Below, piece by piece: positions 54,615 to 63,932 of a stretch of 64,000 nt of DNA. The stretch lies in the IMG/VR virus record IMGVR_UViG_3300001598_000048, positions 9,446 through 73,445 of that record; one strand, written 5' to 3'. This stretch comes from a virus. Taxonomy: Duplodnaviria > Caudoviricetes. The notes beneath the pieces were generated by a model. That model made no database searches. It worked only from the letters and a program-made list of their open reading frames with translations, and was not told the DNA's origin. Within the stretch, counting starts at the first letter, position 1, and each line of letters begins with the position of its first letter. Made by a program: the position numbers and the translations under genes.

Positions 54615-56411
54615 TTATTTGCGCATGTTTTTACGAACAAATGCGTCAAGTGAATTTTCTTCTACATTTTTAGGAGCAAATGTAGCAAAAGCTCTCATTG
54701 GTTTAACTGAAGATTCTTGATTTCTCTTATATGCTTTTAAAAGTTTTAATTCTAATTGTTCTTCAGTTGTTTCTTCTTGAGAAGCAAAATTCATAAATTC
54801 ATTAAACTCTTCTTCTTCAAGAGATTCCTTATAAGAGTTAACCAATGCTATTTTCTTTTCTCTTTTAAGGGTTTCAAATTCTGCTCTTTCACTTTCAGTA
54901 AATGAGGTAGAACTTGAAGTTTCTTCGATTGATTTTTGTTCATCGTCTACACTCACTTTCATATTAGTATTTGGAGCGATTTCAACATTTACATCTTGTG
55001 CTGGATTTTCTACATCGATTTGTTCGCATTTTTCGATACTAGGATGTCCTTCAGGTAATGGATCTCCTGGCTTAACGTCTGGATGATTTGCAGGTCTTTT
55101 ACATTTATCATCTTTTTCGTCTTCGCATTTTTTCTTATCGCCGCATGCGCATTCTTCGATTTCACAATCTTCTTTTTTCTTTCCACCACAAACACAATCT
55201 TCAGGATCTTTATCCTTTTCTGGACAATTTGGACATTCAGATTTTTCGCATTTTTTCTTATCGCCACAAGCACAATCCGATTTTTCTTCGCATTTTTTCT
55301 TGTCGCCACAAGCACAATCTTCTACGTCATCTTTGTCGTCTTCTTTGCCATCTTCCTTGTCATCTTTATCATCACAAGGACCGCATTCGCAGTTTTCTTT
55401 GTCAGTGCTTTCGCTTTCTGAACTAGAATCAGATTCTTCTTTTGTAGCACATAAACCAGCATCAGCCTCTTTGGCTTGTTCAATGTTTGTTTCATCTTTA
55501 GTCATATCGGTAGATACTGAGTTAACGATGTCTTCGTATGCAACGTGAACTTCGTTAATTCCACCTAGAGTAACTTGTCCATCTTCAGAGAAAGAATAAC
55601 CAATACGCATAAGTTTAGAAGTGCCTTCCATATAATAATAGAAACGAACAATAGCGCTATCGCTAAACATATCTACTATTGAAACAAATGCATCATTTTC
55701 GTACTCTTTACAAATGGCTTCGTTTACCTTTAGAGAAATATCACCCCAAGATAATTTCATGAATTCTGATAAATTCATATTTTCGCCTCCACGTTGAGTC
55801 TGATCTTGTTTATTTTCGCAATAATCTTTTAAGAGTTTCATTTTCGCTTCGAATTTTTCATCATAAGAGAAGAATTCAGAACCTGAAAATGCTGGTTTTT
55901 GATCATTGCCTAATACACTTACTCCAACAAATCTTCCTGCGGTGAATTCAATGTTTTTGAAGTGTTTCTTTTCATCGTAATTTACTACATACTTCACGCT
56001 GTTAGGGTCTAACTCTAAAGATTGCTTGTGACCAATAATCTTCTTTGCTAAATCGCCAACGTGGTCTGGGCGTTCTGTGTAGAGAACTACATCACAAACA
56101 CACCAAGTATTTCCATCATCATCTTTTTCAAAAGAAGAAGAAGTACATGGATCGACAACACCAAAAATTTCTTGTTCAGTAGCATGACCAACGAAATCTT
56201 CTTTTTCTTCGTCATAAAAACCAACAACAGGTGTATAAGGTAGAGTTTGAACTAATTCTTCAGAGAACTTGTCTGAGAAGAAGCGGTGATCCGCAGTTTC
56301 TCCCTTATAGAAAACCTTAAGTTTACCACGAGAAAAGTTTTCTTGTTTGGTGTCTGTTGAGAAATCTGATAGCCCAGCAGGTCAACTAAAATTAATTGCT
56401 TGCTTTTTCAT
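54615..56411 (-). CDS. prohead protease/scaffold, 598 aa with TGA=Trp at codon 10 and a Cys-rich repeat insert
   Basis: Manually translated from ATG 56411 (GAGG RBS): LPYTPVVG..DFVGHA...HKQSLELD; joins track ORF 55997; acidic C-terminal scaffold. Confidence 0.8.
55124..55320 (-). repeat. three CACGDKKKCE coding repeats, two of them a near-tandem 42-nt unit
   Basis: TCGCATTTTTTCTT(A/G)TCGCCACAAGCACAATC near 55247 and 55289; diverged copy near 55124. Confidence 0.85.
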
Positions 56412-56440
56412 CTTTAATCCTCATATATATATTTAGTGTA

Positions 56441-57985
56441 TTATTCTGAATCAGAATTTGATTTTACTTCATTTTCTACAACCTCTGACTCAGTTGAGGG
56501 CTCATTCTCAACATTGTCCTTTTTAGAATCAGAAGTTTCTTCATTTTCTTTTTCAGTTTTTCCGCTAGTTCCTGAACGATCTTCCGCAGTTTGAGTATAA
56601 GATGTTTGCATAGGAACCATTTGGTCTAATTTTAAGAATTTTTCAAGATTAAAGTTATCTTGTATATTCTTTTGTTTTACACCTGATGCTATTAAGTATC
56701 CAAGCTTATCTACACCAAGTGTAGCGTTATCTTTATATACTTTTATATCATCGTCATAAGTATAAGTTGAAATTGGTAAAATGTCAATATCCGCTTGGAA
56801 ATCTTTAAAATCAAACCAATTATTGATAGTTATACTATAGAAATTAGAAAGTGCTTGTACGAATTTCCAAACATATCCTTTATCACGAATTAGTGACATT
56901 TTTAAAGCTTGAACACTTTCAGATGTAAAGATTCCGCTATTGAAACCCGCATTATTAAAGATTGCTTTGAAAGCTTTACTTAATACTTCGTTTTCAGATG
57001 TATCATTTTCAGAAATCTTATCAACATGAACGTCTCCATAAGTTGTAATAAGACGTGCTTTTTCACCTGTTTCAACAATTTTCTTTAATGATTTATGAAT
57101 AGCATCTACTTCATCTACTTCGAATATTAATTTATCTTCATAGTGAGGCATTGTGTGAACTACTATATATTTTAATAAGTTTTCATTTCTTTCTAATTCG
57201 TTATCTTGATAATGTTCATAATCAAGAATTCCGCCATATAGATAGAAGAAAGTTGGCATTGCAACATCATTTAACATTAAACCACTTGTAAAATGTGGAT
57301 CTAATACTTGCCAACGGAATGTTCTATCTTTTTCAAATTTATGATAAAGTTTAATAAATTCTGCTGGGAAAGTTTTTAGATATTCTTCTTTACTTATTAC
57401 CGCAGTTGAGCCTATTTGATCGAAATAAGTAAAATCGAATTCTATAATTGATGTTCCAAATTGAGTTTGTCCAACTTGACGACAGTATTTTGTTGGTAAT
57501 AAAATTGTATCAATTGCTAAAGTTTCTTCATCACAAACGGTAGTAAAATATACAGAACCAGTTGTAAAGAGAATAGATAATAATGCTGGAAATTTAGTTT
57601 CAATTGATAAACCATCAACAACTTCTAACATAGTATTATATGTTAACATAAAGTCATCTTCTTTTGGTTGTTTTTTAAGTTTTGCTTTGCTTTTTGTGTA
57701 TACTTTATGAGGTATAACTTTATATCTCCACATATACATATTAGCTAAATAATTGATAATTGAAGCGTAAATTGGATTTGCTGCATAAAGTTTACGAGAA
57801 GTTTCTGATAACTTTTCTACATCTCCAACATCAGCTCACATTGCGGCTCTAACTTGCGCCGCAGTAATAAAATCTACACTTTTATAATATGGTTTCTGAT
57901 CACGCAGTCTGGCAGCGGATGGTTCGCTTTCGTATAACTTTTTAAGTTTTTTAACTCGATCGATCTTAAATTGTTCTGTATTCAT
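56441..57985 (-). CDS. portal protein, 514 aa with TGA=Trp at codon 50
   Basis: GAGG RBS; SRKLYAANPIYASIINYLANMY; position between TerL and protease. Confidence 0.8.
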
Positions 57986-57994
57986 ATTTTACCT

Positions 57995-59803
57995 CTAATC
58001 AACAAGAGCAATAACTCTTCCTCTGCTCTTGCTTCGTTTCTTTTTATAATAATCTAATTCAAATTGTTGATTTACTGCCCAAACTAAATATTCTGCCATA
58101 GAGAAAAAGTCTTTTTGAATTTTTTCATTTCTACGCACAATACGCAATGTATTTGATAATTGGTCAGATGTATTAACAATATCAAGATTTTTTAATTCTT
58201 GTTCCATTTTATCCATTACTTTAAATGGCATTAAAAATTCTTGTTGTTTCTTTAAACTCATTTGAGTAAAAGATTTATTTTTACTATATAACGTAAGCGC
58301 ATCGTTTAGTTTAATTGGATAAGTAATTGCGCCTGTACTCATACGTGAAAAGAAGAATCAGTGAATTTGTTCTCCTGTTTTACCACCTGATTTAATTTCA
58401 TAACAGATGGTTTTATCTTTTGGATAACGAATAACGTCATGTTCTGTAGAAGTTGGCGGATTAATAATTCCAAGTCCTTCTAATAAAGCGCCATATTCAT
58501 CAGTTGTTTCTTTATTTAATCAGTCTCTAATGCCGGCTCCAACACCATTCGCATCGTATATTAGAAGTTTCGCACTATAGGTTAAAACCGCTTTTTTAAA
58601 CGAATTGGCAATAACCATATAATCAGTTGAAGGTATTGTAAATAAATTAACCATTTTATATGTAAAATAATGTTCTTTAGGTATAACTTTCGCTACACCA
58701 ACCGCAGTTTCTGCCGCACCATCTTTCGCCATATCGGCGCAGATGACATAGAAACAATCTTCTTCTTTTTGTGTTGCGGTTAATTTATCTTTTAATTCAA
58801 CCATTTTAATTTGTCTTAATGATGAAACAATGTTTGCGCTAAATGCGGCACCAACTGGTGCATCACTTCAACGAGATTCATATTCACGTTCAAATGAAGA
58901 TTTACTAAATGATGGTGCGTTAATAACATCTTCTATTTGTTTTTGGGCGGTTAAACCGCACGCTAATGGAATACGATATGTTCCACTTAATACCGTATAA
59001 TGAAGCGGATCAATTACACTTCGGCATAGTATTTCAATTAGTTTTTGATAAGCAAATGTTCCTTGATATCCAGCCGTTGTGATATATATTTGTTGAGATT
59101 GCGGTTCATTTGGATTAATTAATCCATTTGACATTTTACGAGGTTCGTTCAATAATGGAATATAAACTTCATTTACTTTAATTTCATCTTGTTCAATTAC
59201 TTCTTCAAATATTAATGATTGTCTACGTAAACCACGGACATTTCCTAAACCTAATGAAGAACCATTTTTAAAATTAAATTCTACATAGTCTTTACCCATT
59301 GTATACGGATCGAGTAATTTTCCCGCAATTTTACGCTTTTGCATTTCATTTGCGAGTAATGGAAATTTTACCCATAAGTCATCAACTACTTTCTGTTTAG
59401 CAATTTCTGCCGCTTGTTTATTTGTTCCGGCAGTAATTGTTGTATGATGACGCGGAATTTCCATACAGGTGAAATAACGATTTAAATCGGCTAAGAAAGA
59501 TTTTGATGTACCACGTGAAAAAGTATCATATGATGCGTTACTTCTTGACATGGTACGTATTATCATTCTTTGGAAAAAGAACAGATGAAAATGAGATTTA
59601 TGCGGAGTAATAATATCGGTAAATATATCTGGATAAACTATAAGTTCATTTAGATAATTGCCGACTTTTTCAAAGTTTTCATTAATGCGCTTTTTCGTAA
59701 GAAAACCAATGGCGGCATGTTCGTCCTCATCTAGAAAATTAAAATATTCTTCTATTTCAGGATCAATATAAGTTTCATCAAAAATATCATCAATTAAAGG
59801 CAT
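57995..59803 (-). CDS. terL: terminase large subunit, 602 aa with 3 TGA=Trp
   Basis: FSRGTSKS, LIFEE, ITTAG, FEREYESR(TGA), nuclease motifs CADMAK and IYDANGVG, KDFFS; three track ORFs in one frame. Confidence 0.9.
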
Positions 59804-60837
59804 TATAAATCCTCCGGATTCGCTATAACTGTCTTTGAAGGTATTTTTTCCGCATCTTCAGAGAAATCGATATTAAGCGCTTCTGCATCTTCTTCTGTCG
59901 CAATCTCTCCATCTTCAGGTGTAAATTGAAGAAGATCTTCAATCTTTTGTTGTTCTGTAATTTGTCTTGCGTATTCTTCTTCTTTTGTTTGCTTTTGTTG
60001 TTGAATCATATCTTCAAGTAATTGTTGTAAACCAGTTGATTCAAGAATAAGTTTGCGGTTTGCTTCTTTGATATCGGTAATGGCGCGATCTACTTCGTCT
60101 TTATCGGCACCTTGGAAGTATTTAAAAATGAAACCGCTATCTTCCATATATTGATATAATTCCGCAACCGTTGTTATATCATCTGTACGAGTTTCATTTA
60201 TCATGGTTTCAAGATCCGCTTGTTTTGCGAATGTTGATCATGCACCACTAAAATCTTTAATGGCTTTCGCATCTTTTGCACGAATAGCTTCATCCATTTC
60301 AACTTGCAGTTTACAGAGCGTTTTTACCGCTTCTTTTTGTAAAGGATTTGTTATACTATTTGCTTTAAGCGTTTTTGTATAGATACTATCAAGTTTAATA
60401 ATTTCTTCAAAAGTATATTGATCACCTCACTTAAGACGACCACGATCAATGTAAGATTCTTTGATAGGTTCTATGCGGTTTAAAATTTCCATTAAAGAAC
60501 GGCATTTCTCTCATTCTTTATTTGTTTTTGATCAAAGATCACGTGTAGAAGTAGTATAGAATAAATTTTTCTTTTCTGTCTTTTCTTCTATCATAAGAGA
60601 AGTATATTCTCGGAAGACATTTTGTCCGGCATCTTTGCTCAATTCGATTCATAGTTGCGGATCAAAAGGTAGATTATAGGTACGACAGAAAAAATCCGCA
60701 TGTTCAATATTATTGTAATTTAGGTTTTCGCCAATGCAATCAAAACAAATTGATGTGCCGCTCAAAGGATTGTTTGAGAACATTAATTCTTTCGTTTTGC
60801 CGCATTTCGGACATCGATTGTATTCAAATTTTATCAT
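59803..60837 (-). CDS. putative terminase small subunit / conserved protein upstream of TerL, 344 aa with 5 TGA=Trp
   Basis: N-terminal CPKC...CFDC; joins track ORFs 60837 and 60204; TAATG coupling to TerL. Confidence 0.7.
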
Positions 60838-60865
60838 AGACTAGTAATCATCTCCTTACGATGAA

Positions 60866-60894
60866 ATTATAGTTCAAATGAAATAAAAAATCAA
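60866..60894 (-). promoter_or_regulatory. sigma70-type promoter of the packaging/head operon
   Basis: TTGATT-N17-TATAAT, then AAGGAG RBS. Confidence 0.7.
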
Positions 60895-61019
60895 AAATAA
60901 CTTGCGGAACTTTTATCGGGATTTGAAGGAATTTTCACCGCAAAGTTTGTCTGTTTGTCCGAATTCTTGCGATGTTTTTATAAAACTGAAAAAGTTTTCG
61001 GCAAAATAGTCGAAAAAAT

Positions 61020-61048
61020 TTGACAAACTTGAAAAAATGATATATAAT
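61020..61048 (+). promoter_or_regulatory. consensus sigma70 promoter with no ORF directly downstream
   Basis: TTGACA-N17-TATAAT. Confidence 0.8.
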
Positions 61049-61054
61049 AATAAT

Positions 61055-61212
61055 GTAAGAAGAAGAAGTTAAGATAAAGATAAGTAAAGTTAATAAAGTT
61101 AATAAATGATATTAAATAAACAAGTAAATAATACTTTTCCTCCTTTAATGATTATTTATCAATTTGATATCATCGTAGAGGTCAAGTGAGTAATTGCTTG
61201 ACCTTTATTTAT
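61055..61212 (+). ncRNA. candidate small RNA of about 150 nt
   Basis: Bounded by the promoter at 61020 and hairpin AGGTCAAG/CTTGACCT plus T-rich tail (61179-61212); contains TCCTCCTT. Confidence 0.35.
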
Positions 61213-61275
61213 TATTTATTTCTTGCTTTGCTTACTATCTATGAAATACTATACTGAGAAGGAGATTTTAACCGC

Positions 61276-62169
61276 ATGTTTTTTAAGATTTTTATTACAT
61301 TAGTTGCTTGTATTCTATTTGGTCTTTGCATCTGTTTAGGTCGAAAAAAGAAAAAATTCGAAGACAAGTTTAATTGGTCTAACCAAGAAAGAGAATTACT
61401 TAATCATACCATTGATAAACTTAATAATGATCTTGATTCATTAAATGGTGACCTTAATTCATTAAATGATAGGTTGGAGGTCCTCACCGCGCAAAATACT
61501 TCTTTGGCGGCACGCGCGTTTGTAGGAGATAGCATCAAAAATGATATTGAGAAGCTCAATGAGATTAAGGACAGTGGAGCAGATGAAAAGAATAGATTAA
61601 AAGAAGAGTTGGAGATGCTACGACGCGCCGTTGAAAATGCCCAAAAAGAGAAAGAAAATTGAGATAAAGAATTAATTGATATTATTGCCGAAAGAAAAAT
61701 GGTGCGGGAAAAAATTGATGGTGAAGATGAAAAAGGTTGGCGCTTTGATTTAAATGGTAAAGAGATGACACTTATACAGGCGATTGATAGCATCTGCGGA
61801 TTGTATCCCGAGTTGAGTGTAGACTTAAGAAAGATTGAATGAAGTAAAATATGAATGCCGAAATTACAAGAATGAAATAAACTATATGGATTAAGTAAGT
61901 GCGGAATTTATAAATTGAGTATAGTGGGCGGAAACGGTGAAGAAGATTGTTATATTGGACAAGCCGTTGATGTAAAAGATAGATGATACACTCATTGTAA
62001 AAAGATTTTGGGCGTTGAAAAAGTTGGTAATGAAAAGTTGTATAGGAAAGTGGAAAAACCTGATAGATTGATATGAGAGATATTGGAAGTTGTAAATGAT
62101 AGAAATAAGTTGGATGAAAGAGAAAAATTTTGAATCGAATTCTATGGGGCGAAATTAAATATTAGGTAA
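61276..62169 (+). CDS. membrane-anchored coiled-coil protein with C-terminal GIY-YIG endonuclease domain, 297 aa with 7 TGA=Trp
   Basis: N-terminal TM and coiled coil; CGIYKL...CYIGQAVDVKDR(TGA)YTH...LDEREKF(TGA)IEFY; AAGGAG RBS. Confidence 0.85.
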
Positions 62170-62206
62170 CCGAAATTTAAAAAATCGTCATATTGTGTTT
62201 CATACA

Positions 62207-62317
62207 CCCCCCCTTTATCCCCCCCTAAAATTTTCGGAAAAAATCGACTATACCCCCGGGGTTGTAGCGACTGATAAAATAACGGCATTAGCAGACCCGC
62301 CACAACAATGCTAATGC
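62207..62317. other. C-tract / palindrome junction, possible genome end, pac or terminal-repeat boundary
   Basis: C7-TTTAT-C7, CCCCCGGGG, inverted repeat GCATTAGCA/TGCTAATGC. Confidence 0.35.
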
Positions 62318-62358
62318 TATAATAATTAAAAAAATGTTATAATAATTGTTAAAAAGTA

Positions 62359-62407
62359 TTGACAATACTATGAAAAATATGATATAATAAAGTGTAAGGT
62401 AAGGGGG
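62359..62407 (+). promoter_or_regulatory. early cassette promoter 1
   Basis: TTGACA-N18-TATAAT with TG, then AAAGTGTAAGGTAAGGGGG. Confidence 0.85.
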
Positions 62408-62416
62408 ATGTTAAGT

Positions 62417-62602
62417 ATGTTAAATTATGTAGTAGAAATTAAGGTTTATTATGGTAATGGCGGACACGATGTATGGAAAGAAAATGTAAAGGCTTATAAT
62501 GTAGATAATGCAAACGAGATAGTAAATAATAGAATAAATTATCTAAATGAAAATAATTATGAGTGCAATGTGTATTATGTAAATAGAGTTTATAAAGCAT
62601 AA
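62417..62602 (+). CDS. small early hypothetical protein
   Basis: Within track ORF 62408..62602; AAGGGGG RBS. Confidence 0.7.
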   Translation: MLNYVVEIKVYYGNGGHDVWKENVKAYNVDNANEIVNNRINYLNENNYECNVYYVNRVYKA

Positions 62603-62627
62603 TAAAAAAATAAAAAATAAAAGATAA

Positions 62628-62653
62628 GGACACATCTTCGGGTGTGTCTTTTT
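62628..62653 (+). terminator. intrinsic terminator with UUCG loop
   Basis: GGACACATC-TTCG-GGTGTGTCT-TTTT. Confidence 0.85.
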
Positions 62654-62724
62654 CGCATATGGCCGTTTGACACACGTGGTACTGTGTGCTTAAAAAGATT
62701 TTTTAAAAATATTATAATAAGTAC

Positions 62725-62767
62725 TTGTATATATTGTAAATATATGATATAATAAAGTGTAGGGGGA
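62725..62767 (+). promoter_or_regulatory. early cassette promoter 2
   Basis: TTGTAT-N17-TATAAT-AAAGTGTAGGGGGA. Confidence 0.8.
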
Positions 62768-62774
62768 AAGTGTT

Positions 62775-62951
62775 ATGGCAAATAAAAAAGATTACAAAGT
62801 AAAAAGTGAAAATGGGGTTTTAAAGTTAGTAAAAACTTTAGCAAATGGTAAAGATATTAGCGTAGTAGGTGCTAAAGAAATGGGCGAAACTAAAAAAGAT
62901 TTAGAAAATCGCTTAATAGGTATTTTAAGAGAAATGGAAAAGAGATATTAA
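62775..62951 (+). CDS. small early hypothetical protein, 58 aa; absent from the track
   Basis: MANKKDYKVKSENGVLK...EMEKRY-TAA after a GGGGG RBS. Confidence 0.75.
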   Translation: MANKKDYKVKSENGVLKLVKTLANGKDISVVGAKEMGETKKDLENRLIGILREMEKRY

Positions 62952-63028
62952 ATATCTCTTTTTCTCTTGCTCGTTCGGGCAGGTGAGAAAAAATATGGCG
63001 TATAAAATCGTGTCCACGATCGTATAGA

Positions 63029-63090
63029 ACACATATCCGTGTGTATCATAGGGCGCTATGCGCCGCCGACACACGTGGCGCCGTTGTTTT
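63029..63090 (+). repeat. GC-rich 62-bp inter-cassette repeat, copy 1
   Basis: 53/62 identical to 63649-63710. Confidence 0.9.
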
Positions 63091-63134
63091 AATAAAAAAA
63101 TATTAAAAAATGTTATAATATTTGTAAAAAGGTA

Positions 63135-63180
63135 TTTACTTTTATATATAAAATATGTTATAATAAAGTGTAAGGGGGAA
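63135..63180 (+). promoter_or_regulatory. early cassette promoter 3
   Basis: TTTACT-N18-TATAAT-AAAGTGTAAGGGGGAA. Confidence 0.75.
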
Positions 63181-63187
63181 GTGAAAT

Positions 63188-63613
63188 ATGAATATTTACT
63201 GCGATATGGACGGGGTTCTTGCAAACTTCTATAAAGAAAAAAATTGTTTAGAGAGATTTGAAAATGAAAAAGGTTTCTTCAAGAGATTAGAACCAATAAG
63301 AAACAATATAAAAACTATTAAAGAGTTAATAAAAAATGGTTATAATGTATATATTTTAAGTGCAAGTCCAAATGAACAAGCCGACAATGACAAAAAAGAA
63401 TGGTTAAAAAAATATATACCAGAGTTAGAAAATGAACATATAATCATTATAAGAAATGGTAAAAATAAAGCCGATTATGTAAAAACTGAAAAAGACAATA
63501 TCTTAATGGACGATTACGGCAAAAATATAAAAGATTTTGAAAATAAAGGTTATAAAGGTTATAAAATCGGTAAGTATAGGACAATAAGAAAAGGAGTTTT
63601 AGCGAATTGCTAA
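63188..63613 (+). CDS. HAD-family 5'(3')-deoxyribonucleotidase-like protein
   Basis: IYCDMDGVLANF, ILSASP, KKEWLKKY, ILMDD. Confidence 0.85.
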   Translation: MNIYCDMDGVLANFYKEKNCLERFENEKGFFKRLEPIRNNIKTIKELIKNGYNVYILSASPNEQADNDKKEWLKKYIPELENEHIIIIRNGKNKADYVKTEKDNILMDDYGKNIKDFENKGYKGYKIGKYRTIRKGVLANC

Positions 63614-63648
63614 AATTCCTTAAAAGTGTCAAAACGGATTGATAAAGT

Positions 63649-63710
63649 ACACATAGCCGTGTGTATCGAAGGGCCGTATGCGCCGCCGACACACCCGGGT
63701 CCGTTGTTTT
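63649..63710 (+). repeat. GC-rich 62-bp inter-cassette repeat, copy 2, flanked by a 13-bp inverted repeat
   Basis: 53/62 identical to copy 1; AAAAGTGTCAAAA (63622-63634) and TTTTGACACTTTT (63718-63730). Confidence 0.9.
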
Positions 63711-63780
63711 GTTGTGCTTTTGACACTTTTGATAGTTTTTTATGTCAAAAAAATATTTTTAAAAATGTTATAATAATATA

Positions 63781-63825
63781 TTGTATTTGTTTTTAATATA
63801 TGTTATAATAAAGTGTAAGGGGGAA
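63781..63825 (+). promoter_or_regulatory. early cassette promoter 4, with no ORF behind it
   Basis: TTGTAT-N17-TATAAT-AAAGTGTAAGGGGGAA; no start codon at RBS distance. Confidence 0.7.
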
Positions 63826-63883
63826 AGGTTAAAACTGAATAAAAAAATTAAGTGAAAAAAATTAAAAAGTTTTAATTTACCAC

Positions 63884-63927
63884 TTGCAATAAAAAAATAA
63901 ATATGATATAATAAAGTGTAGGAGGAA
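63884..63927 (+). promoter_or_regulatory. early cassette promoter 5
   Basis: TTGCAA-N17-TATAAT-AAAGTGTAGGAGGA. Confidence 0.8.
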
Positions 63928-63932
63928 ATAGT

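Noticed and set aside
55010-55548. Four overlapping track ORFs in the Cys-rich region
   Set aside because: They are shadow frames of the low-complexity repeat in the scaffold gene and lack RBSs.
61106-61303. Table-4 ORF starting at ATG 61106
   Set aside because: It has no RBS, runs through a terminator and the next promoter, and overlaps the GIY-YIG start out of frame.
1-62169. Mass pseudogenisation or sequencing error as the cause of the fragmented ORFs
   Set aside because: Every interruption I checked is an in-frame TGA with no frameshift, in essential genes, at Trp-like positions.
384-63692. Short antisense track ORFs (for example 384-608, 8669-9082, 11175-11411, 13748-13975, 30852-31154, 61404-61793, 62925-63224)
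   Set aside because: They lie opposite well-supported genes or regulatory repeats and have no RBS or recognisable motif.
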